64,000 nucleotides of DNA from Guillardia theta CCMP2712 (taxonomy: Eukaryota > Protista > Cryptophyta): positions 512,998 through 576,997 of the forward strand of contig NW_005434644.1 in the NCBI RefSeq assembly GCF_000315625.1, read 5' to 3'. A program made the translations under genes and the position numbers. Below, in pieces: positions 50,431 through 62,192 of the stretch. The notes beneath the pieces are model-generated. The model was not told the DNA's origin and searched no databases. It saw nothing but the letters and a program-made list of their open reading frames with translations. How positions within the stretch are numbered: position 1 is the first letter of the stretch; each line of letters begins with the position of its first letter.

Positions 50431-53400
50431 ATGCAAAGAGGGAATAGAGGGGGAAGAGGTGGCTGGAGAGGAGCACGAGGCGGAGTTGCGGGAGGACCAA
50501 GCACAGGGGCAGCAACAGGGACAACGACAACACCTGGATCTGGGGTGGGAGCAAGTGTACCCGGTGGAAGCAGGGTCGTACAGCAGACTGTCGGACGCCA
50601 GGAGATTGGAGGTGGCGTCACGACAAACAATCTAATGAATAGCATGCAGAACAATGCACCTGTCCCTGTTCAAACTTTTCCAAGAGGTGGAGATGTGCGC
50701 ATTACTACTCCAACCACGTCAAATGTGCCGGTATCAGGATTGCCTAACAATTCCATGGGTGTACATACAAACACAGCGGGGTTTGGGATGAAAAATCTCA
50801 ATCAAGTCGCGAACAATTCCCATGGGTATCAAATGGCGTCGGCAAGTCATCGCCCAGCAGGTATCACACGAGTCATATCTTAGGCCTCGAAAATCGCTTC
50901 TTCACAATATGTTTCTGATACGTGACTTTGCTTTGTTTTAGGGAGGGGAATCAGCAATTCGAATGCTTTGGCAAACTTCACTGCCAGCATTGCTAATGCA
51001 CTTCCGAATGCTGGACCAGGATTCACTCCCAATCAAATTTCAAACGCAGACTTGTTTTCACCAGCTGCATTAAGCTTTCTTTTGCAAGTGATGTCTTCTA
51101 TTTCCAACGAAGACAAGAGCTGATCAATTGCATGACAGCAACAACAAGCCGCCGCGACTCTGGAGCAACAGATGATAGAACGAGCGAGTTCAACGAACTT
51201 TGCTGGTCTTTATCATCGATCTTCTTGTGTTTTAAAATCATTGATTGAATGATAGGCGATGGTCTAGGCAGGCCAGGAGGAAGAGTTCGACGTCAAACGC
51301 AACGCACAATGGCAGATTTCTTTGTCCCCGAACAATTGAGGTGATAGAAATGTTCCTTGCATGGATATTGTGTGCTAATTTGAATGCTAAAAGGAGTGAT
51401 CTCGCAACACGGAGTGCCCAGACAGCATTGATGCTTGGACCGAATGACCCAAGGGCTTCGTTCACTCCACATGTAGTGAGAGGAATAGGACCCAACAATC
51501 TTAGCGAAGGTATTAAGTGATTGCATGTTCATATCTCTTGACACAATTTTTGTAGAATATCACACTCTCTTCCCTTTGGATGGGAATGTCGAAGAACCAG
51601 AGGTGGATTTTTTCTGCGCTCAATTCAGTATTTTTGTATTTGACTAACTACTTTGATACTTCAGATCAGTGTAGCTCTCGGGTGCACATCTCGTGTTTAC
51701 AAGGCCATCCGAAGCTTAGATGCAGGTGCTATTTGGTTTCATAAATGATTTCTGTTGAGTTGACGACTGATCGTTGTTTTGCTCAGCTACTTGTGCCCTT
51801 CGCAAGCTTGATGGGGTCAAAATATACGTGGATCACAAGATTGTTATGAAGGTAGGGTCCTGCTCCGCAAAAGCGTTGTCTGATGTTGTTTCTTAGAATT
51901 GGCAAGACATGATTCATCCTTCACTTGTACGACTCAAGAACATTTTTATAACCAATGAGTGGGACCATCAGAACAATTCACTTACGTACTATTTTCTGTT
52001 CGTTTCTTGCTTTGTGCACCTCACGCTTTTGCAGATTTGTTCATGATTTTATTTTTGGTGCTATGACCCTTCAAGAAAGACACATGCGACCAAGTGTGTT
52101 GTGGACCAAATCGTTTTGTCATTGTGAATGCTTACTTTCTGCTTTCTTAGTTGGGGCTGGTGAGATAGGGGACATTTCTGAGGAGCTTATCTGGTCCTAC
52201 ATTGCACAACTATCGTCAGCATTACGTTTTGTTCATAGGCAATACCTTGTTCTTCTCGTGAATAATCTATTTATTGTTGATGCGATAGTCGTGGGAAAGC
52301 AATACGTTGCCTGGATGCATCGAAGGTTGTTTAATTTGTTTTAGGATTTTGTGAATTGATTCGTGCTGCAGGTCTTAGTCACCCCTCAACATCGAGTATA
52401 CATCAACTGCTGCGGAATTCTTGATGGTCTGTGAACTAGCTTCTACTGCTTGTAGCTCATAATCACTGATAATACTTTAGTGATCGGTGACAAAAAACAA
52501 CATATCACTGAACTTCAGGTGTTGTTTTTTGGTGATGGTTGATTATGTCTTGACGCAAGGTTGAATCAGTCTGAAGACCTCAGAAATTTGGGAACATTAT
52601 TGCTGCAGACACTCTGCAGGTCCCCCGAAGCTTGTCTGGTAATAAGGATTTTGTTTTCCGACTTCGCTTCTCAACTTCAAATTGACATCTCGATCCTTTA
52701 CTTTTCCAGGCGCACAACTTATCTACCTCAGTTGACTATATCAGTGCTCACTACCCTGCGGATTTGAAAGACTTCATTGTTTACCTTATCACTCAGGTCA
52801 CATGAAGGCCATTTGACATATAAATGAATGACATCTTTTGTTTCTAGCCTGCCGGTCCTGGTCAAGTTCCTACCTCAATATTCTCAGCTTGTGCTAGGAT
52901 TTCAGGAAGACTTCTCGAGCAGGTGATTGAATCGCATTAGTTTGCCTTGCTCAAATGGCAAATTCAAGTGTGATGCGCGTTGCAGGTTGATTTCACGTAT
53001 CAACACATCGACACCTGCTACACTGAATTGACGAAAGAAATACAAAATGGAAGGCTTTTTCGGTATTTGCCAGCAACTGATATTCCTCAATCCTTACTCT
53101 TATCAGATTACTGGTCAAATTGAATATGATCATTGAACGTCCACAACCTGGAACACCTGCCGCGGCTTCATGGTCAGAAACTGGGGATAGGTGTGATGTG
53201 CAAGCTGTGTCTCAACTTGTCCTAAATTTCGACTTGGCAGATATCTTTTGAAGCTTTTCATGGACTACGTTTTTCATCAAAGAGATGACGGTGGCAATCC
53301 AGTGGTGGATTGGGGGGCGGTGAGTGCAATTACTTGTGTTTTCAATCCTAAAGAGAATTTGTTCTACGAATTTCAACGAGCGTATTCTGGCTGATCTCTT

Positions 53401-53800
53401 GTCAGGTTGTTCAAAGACTGAACAAGTTGGATGTTGGTGTCAGTGAAAAAATTCTCTTGATGTCACCAGACGAAAACACAATTTTGGTTGTCAGTTATGC
53501 TGATTTGAAGGTGGTCTTTGATTCCGGGAAAAATGGCTTATGACGGAGGTGTCAGGGATGTGTGGAAAGATCGTTCCATGAATTACTGATCAGCGGCAAC
53601 TACGTACAGGTTCGCAGTATCTTTGGGATTCTAATCCATGTAACATTTGGCAGGGGGGCGCGAGGAATGCTTATGCATTTCCAGCTATGGAATACAGTGC
53701 GAACAATGCTATTAACATGGGTATGGCCTCTGGCATTGAACCTCAATGGTCTCCGCCTATCCATGGAAGGTAAACGCGGGCTGAGAAATTTCAGATGGAC
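50431..53800 (+). CDS. PAN3: PAN2-PAN3 deadenylase subunit PAN3 (pseudokinase plus CK domain), many exons; 3' end approximate
   Basis: [80 protein letters not shown]. Confidence 0.92.
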
Positions 53801-54299
53801 AAGTGACGATATCTTAAAGATCTCCTGTCATGTCGATGACTCAGGCTGCATACCAGCAAGCAATCCCCGCGTTTACACCTATCTGACACGTTTGATGGTG
53901 AGATGTGACCTGCTTGCTTGTGTTTGTGTCTGACAGGGTAGGGAAACAAACAGGAGATACATGTGCTCATCCTCGATCAGTCGTTGTCTGGTCCTTCTTC
54001 AATGAGCAAATTGCAGCCTCGATGGACGATCATGGCGTATAGTCGATAATTCTTTCTTGTAAGATTTGATTTGCGAGCTATGGAACGGGTGTGCATACAT
54101 AGGTGAGGATGTTATCATCAAATTCAACGGTTGTAAACAGAGGGATAAATGTTTTATTAAAAAAATCATGGCAATGGCTGTGTTTCCTCTCATGTATCCT
54201 CACAATGTCTTCTGGATGATCGGCAGCAACTTCGACGCAGGTGGGAAGAAGTTATTACGAACTTGTATCGCTGCACGAGTAACAGTGACAACAGTTAAT

Positions 54300-56396
54300 C
54301 CTTCAGAGAGCAGATATTCCATGTAATTCGAAGATGGTTAAAAAAAGGTATCTAACAAGAGAGTTGGGACAAAAGGATCTCGTTGCTACTGGTGACGACG
54401 ACCTACTGTGTCTCAGGAGACATCCAAAGTTCCTACGCACAAGAGTCATCCAACCCTCACAACTTCTCTCTTCTCCCCTCTGACAGCCGTTCCTCCATCC
54501 TACCTGAGTCGTCCCAGCAAAACTTGGCTGTGCACCCCACACGTTCACCCCGTGACCTTCGAGCTTAGAGGAGCCCTTGCGCAACTATGAGATGAAAAGT
54601 CAGAGGCCAGACGTAGTGAGTTGAATCTCATCACGTTGTTGACGAGCGATGTCAGCGGTTCATGCTTCTCAGCTTCACTCTTGGACTGGATGTTGTCTTC
54701 CAAACCATCCAGATAAGGGAATTCGCTCTGGAGATGCTCGTGACTCGACTCACGGTCCCACATGAATCAGTACCTGTTTCGAGTCCATATGAGGTCCTTT
54801 CAAGGACTGAGACGTGTAAAGAAAGGCGTTCGGTGAAGCGAGGGGAACTCCGAAGACTTCCTGCAGTCTCTCTCCATGCTTGTTCACGTAGCGATGACCT
54901 TGTTCCAGGTCCATGCTACACATGTATCAGACGCTGCTTCAGCCTTACATCAAATTTCAACCTTGCTCTTTCCGGGTTGGGGTCCTTCTCATACGCAGGA
55001 AGAGGAATTGCTCTCCTGTAATGCTTGCCCATGCCTGATGAAACGTTCAATAGATCAACTCACACCCAAGAGATATCACCCGCTACGCTGTCTGTGACGA
55101 TTCCACTTTTTTCAAGAGCTTGTTCACCATTGTCATACTGTCAGAACGAGTAAACCCATCAGTACACACGAAACCAGCGAAAGCTTCTGCGGCACAAACC
55201 TTGATGGTTCGCCGATCCGGAAGGAGCGCACTTCCAGGTACATCGACCGACCAATTGGGGAAGAGCCTAAAGTCACGCAGTCACGCATCCCAACCGGCTC
55301 CCACATGCCATCGTGTCTCACCTGTTTCGCACGTTGACTCCAAGGCTCTCCAGCTTCTCCCTACAGGCCCGACCGTTAATGCAGAACTGAACGATCTTTG
55401 AACGCATTGCCTGTTCGGATCGTACACGTTGTCGGCGATGTAAGACTCCGGCTCTGGATTCTGCGTCTCAATCTTCACCTTGGGCAGCATTCAGTACTCC
55501 CATATCTGAACAGCTTCTACTCACTCCTGCTGGCCCCTTCTCGCTCAGATGTCTGGCTCCCCTCATGTAGTTGTCAACGGAGCTCGGCCCACTAGCAGGT
55601 TGACTCGGAATCACATCGGACCTTGCAAGACAGTGAGATGTCAAACCCTCGCTCAAAGAATGAGAGTCATTACGGGTGAGCATACACCAACCCATTCGAA
55701 TTCATGCTGAGCTTGCTGCTGCACTCAAGTCACGACGCCCTCAAGGGCAACATAGAGCAAGAAACAAGATCGCATACCCCTTGTGAGCATGGACCCACTT
55801 CAACAACTGCTCATCATTCTTCAGCCTTTGCTCCCTCTCCTCCCCGGCTTGAATGTACTTGGCCAGGCTCGCCTTGTCGTGTTGAATGCGAGATCGCAGT
55901 GTCCTAAAGCAGATGGTTACGTCAGGGATACCATCGTACGGGACAACCTTGACAAGCTGTTCTGATTCGTAGCAGCCTTGTGTGCAGGAGAGAGAAGTTG
56001 CTTGCCACCAATCTTCGCCTCAAGGGATTTGCCGAGCTTTCTAACCACATCATTGACAATCTTGTCCTCGAGCTGATTCAAGCTGGAGTGCTCCGAGGCC
56101 TGACTCTTCTGTGTCGATTTCAATCCCTTCCATGATGGATTTGCCCATGCCATGCCAAGATGAGGATCTTTCTCTTCCGACCTGAAACCCTTGAGCGACT
56201 GACGGTAAGTCTGGTCAGGGCTCTCAAATGTTTCTCCTTCCATTTGCTGCAGGAAGGAGGCAAGGTTGTCCTCGAGCGCTACTCGCGGAGCATGCGGCTT
56301 TTCTCTCCATAAAAATGACACGAGGAGGACTGCCATGAGCGCTGCCGAGCAGCCGACCAGCCTCCTCATCATCCCTAGCCGCTCCCTCCCCATCAT
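54300..56396 (-). CDS. Hypothetical multi-exon signal-anchored protein; 3' end uncertain
   Basis: First exon MMGRERLGMMRRLVGCSAALMAVLLVSFLW followed by a series of minus-strand ORF segments. Confidence 0.5.
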
Positions 56397-56510
56397 CGCC
56401 GAAGAGACAGAAGCTCCACAGCTCCCTGGGTCATAGCGGGGAGGAGGGTGAAAGTGATAGGATTTTCGTAACTGTCAATCGCTGGTTGTAACGTAGAACG
56501 AAGAGACAGC

Positions 56511-57515
56511 ATGGCGTGGCGGCGACATGGCTGGGGGATGGTGGCGGCGGTGATTGCGGGATGCTTGCTGATGACGCGCTATCTCGATGTGAGTAAATTT
56601 CTATGACACATGATGATTGAGCTGGTTTGAACTGAACTTGCTCGAGCTGAATCTGAACATTTCGAGTTCGATCTGTTTGATAGGTTCTTGCAGGCACACA
56701 GCGACAGGGATGAGCTGTACGAGGTTGGCCCAGGAACCACGTTGCAGATACAGACAGCGCAGGGACCCATGACCTTGACAGTGGATTCCCAGATGAACCC
56801 CGAGGGATACGTGCATGCTTATGGGCAACAGAACGGGAGGGTTTACGCTGGGTACGTGAAGCTCACCGCTGCAAACCCCGCTGCCTCCCAAGCGTTAGAA
56901 TCCGCTCCCACATCAGCTCAGCAGGAGCTCTCAAACTATCCCTTGCAGAACCCCATGTCGCAGCAAGTAGCTTACAACCAGGCTGTTCAGCAATGGAACA
57001 TGCCACAGCCCAGCTATCAAGCACCCGTCCAACAACAGTCTGCTCCTCATTTCCAGTTGCACATATCAGGAGATGGGGCTGTCACACTTAACGGGCAACC
57101 TGTGAGTGCCGCTGACTCTAAGACAGCTGCCATCCTGCGCCTGCTTGCGAAACGTGCGTCCACGTCCAATAGAATACATCCGAGTAATTTGGAGAGCGAG
57201 ATTTCACAAGCGCGGTCAGTCCTCACGAGACTGGAGTCTCTGAAGCAAGCGCAAGGGAGGAGGGAGATGCTGACAGAAGGCGGTGTTGCCCAACGGAGAC
57301 ACAGAAGCCACGATGACGAGGTGTCGAGAAGGGCGATCCTCGCAGCGATGCGATCTTTGTCCAGGAAAGTCGATGACATTGCACAGAAGCAGAAAACCAT
57401 GGAGAGCACGGTCTCCAAGGTGAGCCATAGCAAGATGCGGTTTGTCACAGTGCTGCTGACACAAAACTCCCTGTAGGTGAAGAAGATAATGCGTTACAAT
57501 CCGATCGGTGTATAG
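56511..57515 (+). CDS. Hypothetical signal-anchored Q-rich/coiled-coil protein (3 exons)
   Basis: MAWRRHGWGMVAAVIAGCLLMTRYLD splices in frame into the 56688-57476 ORF; last exon VKKIMRYNPIGV*. Confidence 0.65.
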
Positions 57516-57722
57516 AAGTCCAAGGGCGAGAGTTGTGGGAATTTGAATTTTTATTGGTGAAATGTAATTTCTCTGCACATTACTCCCTTGACGCTACGGA
57601 AGATCATTGGGCACACTTCAGACACATTCCGAAATCTTCAAGACTGTTCAGGGTCATGTAGGATAAAGCAGCATCCCCCAGGTGCAAGTAAGGTTCTACA
57701 GCATATCATTCTATCCGTCCAT

Positions 57723-59692
57723 TCAAGGCACAATTGTGATGTACGAATGCCGGCTTCCCACCACGACGAATGGCCTCACAGGCCACGTGAGAACTTCAAC
57801 CGTACACAAAACCTTTCCATCCCTGAAGATTTGAAACTTCTGCTCATCAACGTCTATCACCAGCTCGAGCACATCTGCTGTCTTGAATCCTTCACAGGTT
57901 CCAACCTTCTCACCTTGCACCAAATTCAGCAAGCAATGCGCAGCAGACATAGAAGAGGACTAACCATGGTGCCAAATTTCTCCATTCTCTCTCAGTAGGA
58001 TGTTCCCTGGGAATAACGTCATAACAATCTTGCTCTCTAGCGAGGTTTACTCTTGGAAGGGCCTTCGTTGAGGTTTGCATCGTTATAGCAGATTCCAACA
58101 AACGTGTTGTTGCCCACACTATCGATGCTGATTCTCATGCGATATTGTCCGCTCGAGATCACCTGCTGATCATCAGTCTCTCCTGTCAGACATTGAGCTT
58201 GTCCACCTGCTTTCCTTGAACTCCTCCCCAGCCTCGATGATCGGTTCGATAAACAGTCGAGTCCCCGTTGGACAGCATGACGTCTTGCCCTCGCCTGCTC
58301 TGATCCCATCGCGGGATACAAGCTTTCTCTTGCGGCCTTTCCTTACTGACTCGACCTAAAGTCTCGAGGTCTTCGATGATTTTGCTCTCATTCAATCGTT
58401 TGAAGACTACGACATCATCCATGCTGGGGCTGAGATCTCTGTGTGCGACAAGCTTGGGAATTTCTTCCAACGACAGTCTCACCTAAGGTACTACATCAGC
58501 AAGTTGACTTGCAGGACCTTCTGTGGGTGTTGACGTACCATTCTCTTCATATCAAGAGCTCGTTGATGGTCTGTTGTCTCAAGAAGTTCCCTGCAGAACG
58601 AATGACTCGTGTCAATCCTTACGAGAGCATCGCTTAGTAAGCGCCTCTGAGAGAGGAGAACACTTCTTTTCTCGTCATAAATTTCCTTGAGTTGGCTCAT
58701 TAGGAAGAATTTCCTCTCGAACAACTTTTGCACGATAGACTCCATGAGCTCGTCAGCATCACACGAAGCACTCTCAAAGTTGGCTTCCAAGGACTGCAAG
58801 ACGCTATTTACATTTGACAAAGAGTTTGCAATATTTGTTCTGGTCTCCTTGCTGAAATTGATCTTCTCATGTAGCTCGCTCTTCTGCCTTTGGTACACAT
58901 CCTCGATGTCTCCGAACACATGGTCCCGATGGTCCATAAGCGCACACGTGGTGCAAATAACTTGTTCACAGAGCTCACAGAAGAAATCCGATCTTTGACT
59001 CTCATGTCCTGAGACCTGGCAGAATAAAGGAGAAACGTGATTTCTTTCCAAACAGCCATGATCGCTCGGATGGAATCTGCTTGCGTAGTCGTTCACTGTC
59101 AGCACTTGATGTGTTTTGCTCGTCTTGGACCTCACATGAGCTGAAAAGTGAATCTCACACAAGTATTGCTTGCAGTCAACACAAAAGTGTGTTGAGACAT
59201 CAGCATCTTCTTCATCGCATACGTCACAGAGTTTGTCCTTCCCTTCGAGAACATTCATGGCTTGTATATGCTGAATCAGCATGAAATTATCTGGAAAGTC
59301 CTTGGTCGTATATCTGAGGGGGATCTGATTGTGATCCAGCGGGCATCTCTGTCCAAATCATTGTCAAACGTTATGACTCATCCTCATCATTTGCGAACCT
59401 GGTCCGTGAGCTCTCGCGCGCATTGCGCGCAGATGGTATGCATACAGTTAGGGAGAATCTTGGGCATTCGAGGACCAGACTCTGTGAAAGTGCAACTGCA
59501 CAATCTGCACTGCATGACTGTAATGGAGGGCTGAGCGATCGACAGATCTGGCGCTGGAGTTGCTTCAAACCCCGCGCTGCTTCCATGGCTGCTCAGCTCT
59601 GACTCGAAGATGCTGACCCGCTGCCGAGACAAGGTGCTCTTGACCTCAAACTTCGATGCTCCAGTAGGAGACGGGCCGGGAATCATCGCCAT
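57723..59692 (-). CDS. TRIM/RBCC-like E3 ligase: RING, B-box1, B-box2, coiled coil, SPRY-like domain
   Basis: CRLC..PKILPNCMHTICAQC..CPLD; CDVC..HFCVDCKQYLCEIHFSAH; C..H..FFCELCEQVICTTCALMDHRDH; WD..LSNG..WGGVQG..FVGIC..LELVIDVDEQKFQIFRDG..PVRPFV. Confidence 0.85.
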
Positions 59693-60164
59693 CTCCCTGC
59701 CCGATCACGGACACGGACACAACCGCAATGAGACTAGGCTAAGTACTACTACTACACAGGGTCGGTGACTGCCGTCAGCTCTCAACTTGACCGCTGTTCC
59801 TCTTGTCTCCCCTCTCTCGTCTACCTCTCGCTTCTAGCTCTCTCTTCTAGCTCCACCCTCCCCCCCTCCCCCTTCCCCTTGGCTCTGCTCAGCGCTCTGC
59901 ATGCCCGTCCCTGCCGACCGGCACAGGCACAGCGATAGCGGTGGCGCTCATCTGCCACTGGCACATCGGTCCTATCCGTTACTTGCGAACGTTCCGATGT
60001 AACGGCCGGATCACTCAAGTTGTGGAATCAGTGGCATGGTCGCACGTGCGGTCGAAGTCAGGCAGGCACCTGCGCGCTTGTCCGGGAGCCTGTGAGGGAG
60101 AAGAGGAGAGGAGCGACATGCGGCATACAGAGGCTGCCGACAGAATGCTGAGAGTTGCTCAGGT

Positions 60165-61832
60165 ATGACAGACTTCGACGCAACTTGCCGCTTCTCGTCA
60201 CTGGGTCCACACGATGTCGGGATCAGCGAGTTTGCTGACTCACGTCTTCTCGGTATAGGGGGGGTTATCAAGTGTGTCCCATCGGATTTTATAGTCCAAG
60301 AGATTTCGAAGGAGAAGATCATCTCTTCGCATGGTGAACTGGAAAACCCCAATGATACGGTGGTGAAGGCAAGCAGGGACGAAGATGATTGCTACTTTCA
60401 GTTCACCTTGCATAAAACCATGATTGACACATTCGAGGTCATCTCGGAGCTTTCTTCAGCTCTCAATGTGCCCTTCAGCAATTTTTCTGTCTTTGGCTTG
60501 AAGGATTCGTTTGCTATCACGACACAGGAGATGACAGTCTACGGAGTCAGCAAGGAACGACTTGAAGAGGTGAATGAGTTCGACAAGTTCATCATCAGCA
60601 ACATCCGAGAGGCTGATGCTCCTCAACGTCCAGGACAGCATTATGGAAACAAGTTCACGATAGTCGTGCGAGACTTGAAAGCGGATGACGAGCATACTCA
60701 GGTCGCAATGAAGTCTCTCACAGAGAATGGCTTCGTCAACTACCTTGGCATGCAGAGGTTCGGCAAAGGTTCGTCAGAAACTGAGCTGATGGGGCGTTTG
60801 CTTCTGATGCAAGACTATATTACAGCTGTAGACGCACTCTTGAGGCCTCCACATGAGGACGAAAGGCACGTCAAGGAGCTGAGAGCATGGAACCTTGCCT
60901 GGGAAGCTTGGACACATGCCAGAGACGCAACGACGGCTCGCAACATCATGCCCAAGTCAAAGAGACAAGAGTGCGACGTGCTGGATCATCTGGTGTTCTT
61001 CGGCAAGAAGGGCCTGCCATTGCACGAAATCTGTCGGAAGACAGTTCTCTCGATCCCCCTCCAAAAGCGGATGCTTATGGTTCATGCTTACTTCGGCAAG
61101 ATCTGGAACGTGATGGCAAGTGAACGACTGAGGATGTATGGCATCGATCCTGTCGTGGGCGATCTTGTGTACAATGATGATGTGGAGGACAGCACAGATG
61201 TCAACGACGTCGAGAGCTCAGACACAGAATTAGAAGACTTCAGCTGGACATGGAGCAGCAAAACCAATACTAAAGTCTTGAGCGCCCAAGACATTGAAAG
61301 CAAAAGGTACACTCGTTTTGACCTGATTCTTCCCTTTCCTGCTGGAGATGCAGCATATCCCAACAATGAGATGTCGAACTTGTACCGAATGTACCTCTCA
61401 TACGACCTTGGAGTCTCTCAGATTCATTTCATCGAACGATCGTGGCATGGAAACAAGCTGTTTTTGCGGCCCGTCTATCGACATTTGTTCTCTAAGCCGG
61501 AAGAGTTTACCTGGAGCATTGCAAACATTGACAAGAGTTGTCCAGAGGACATGCGGACGCAACCCATTCATGAAGATCCTGTCCTCGGAAACATGGCCAG
61601 AAAAGCAGCACCTCTCGCAAGCTTTCCCAATATGGAAGCGCTCAAGGTGCTCGAGATGAAGTTTACGCTCAAGTCAGGACAGTACGCCACCATGATGCTG
61701 CGAGAGCTGATCAAGAACCGGGCGGGGATGTGTTTGAATTGTTCAGAGATGCACACAGCTAGTCATAGCTACCAGTGCAAGAATGGCAGGAGAAAGAGGA
61801 AGCATATTCGTTTTGATTCGGATGAAGACTAG
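60165..61832 (+). CDS. PUS7: TruD/PUS7-family pseudouridine synthase
   Basis: GVIKCVPSDFIVQEI, FGLKDSFAITTQ (catalytic Asp), GNKFTIVVR, GFVNYLGMQRFG, HAYFGKIWNVMASER, FTLKSGQYATMMLREL. Confidence 0.88.
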   Translation: MTDFDATCRFSSLGPHDVGISEFADSRLLGIGGVIKCVPSDFIVQEISKEKIISSHGELENPNDTVVKASRDEDDCYFQFTLHKTMIDTFEVISELSSALNVPFSNFSVFGLKDSFAITTQEMTVYGVSKERLEEVNEFDKFIISNIREADAPQRPGQHYGNKFTIVVRDLKADDEHTQVAMKSLTENGFVNYLGMQRFGKGSSETELMGRLLLMQDYITAVDALLRPPHEDERHVKELRAWNLAWEAWTHARDATTARNIMPKSKRQECDVLDHLVFFGKKGLPLHEICRKTVLSIPLQKRMLMVHAYFGKIWNVMASERLRMYGIDPVVGDLVYNDDVEDSTDVNDVESSDTELEDFSWTWSSKTNTKVLSAQDIESKRYTRFDLILPFPAGDAAYPNNEMSNLYRMYLSYDLGVSQIHFIERSWHGNKLFLRPVYRHLFSKPEEFTWSIANIDKSCPEDMRTQPIHEDPVLGNMARKAAPLASFPNMEALKVLEMKFTLKSGQYATMMLRELIKNRAGMCLNCSEMHTASHSYQCKNGRRKRKHIRFDSDED

Positions 61833-61914
61833 CGCGTAACTTTCAACGAACAGGGGCCGGGCAATAAATTTCTTCCGTCACGTTGAAGCCATGCTGTCCC
61901 GTAAGCCTTATGTG

Positions 61915-62130
61915 CAGGGTTGCGGCTGTCCAATCCGGGCCGTCCGATCCGACTCGTCACTCACTCACTGGCACTGGCCGCGCACTGAGCCGCCGCGCCC
62001 CGGCCGCCGTGGCCGCGGTCCGATCGCTGACACGCGGTCCGGGGACCCGGCGGCCCCGCAGCACTGACTGGCGGCCGACGCCGGTGACTGAGTTCAGCCC
62101 GGGCGCTGCCACCGTACCGACGACTGAGCC
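61915..62130. promoter_or_regulatory. GC-rich intergenic island
   Basis: CCGG/CACTG/GTGACTG-rich stretch directly upstream of the next gene. Confidence 0.5.
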
Positions 62131-62192
62131 CCAAAAAGTATCGAGAGTGGGGATGAGGGCTTGTCTAAATCTGGTTACAAGTGGAGGAGATC

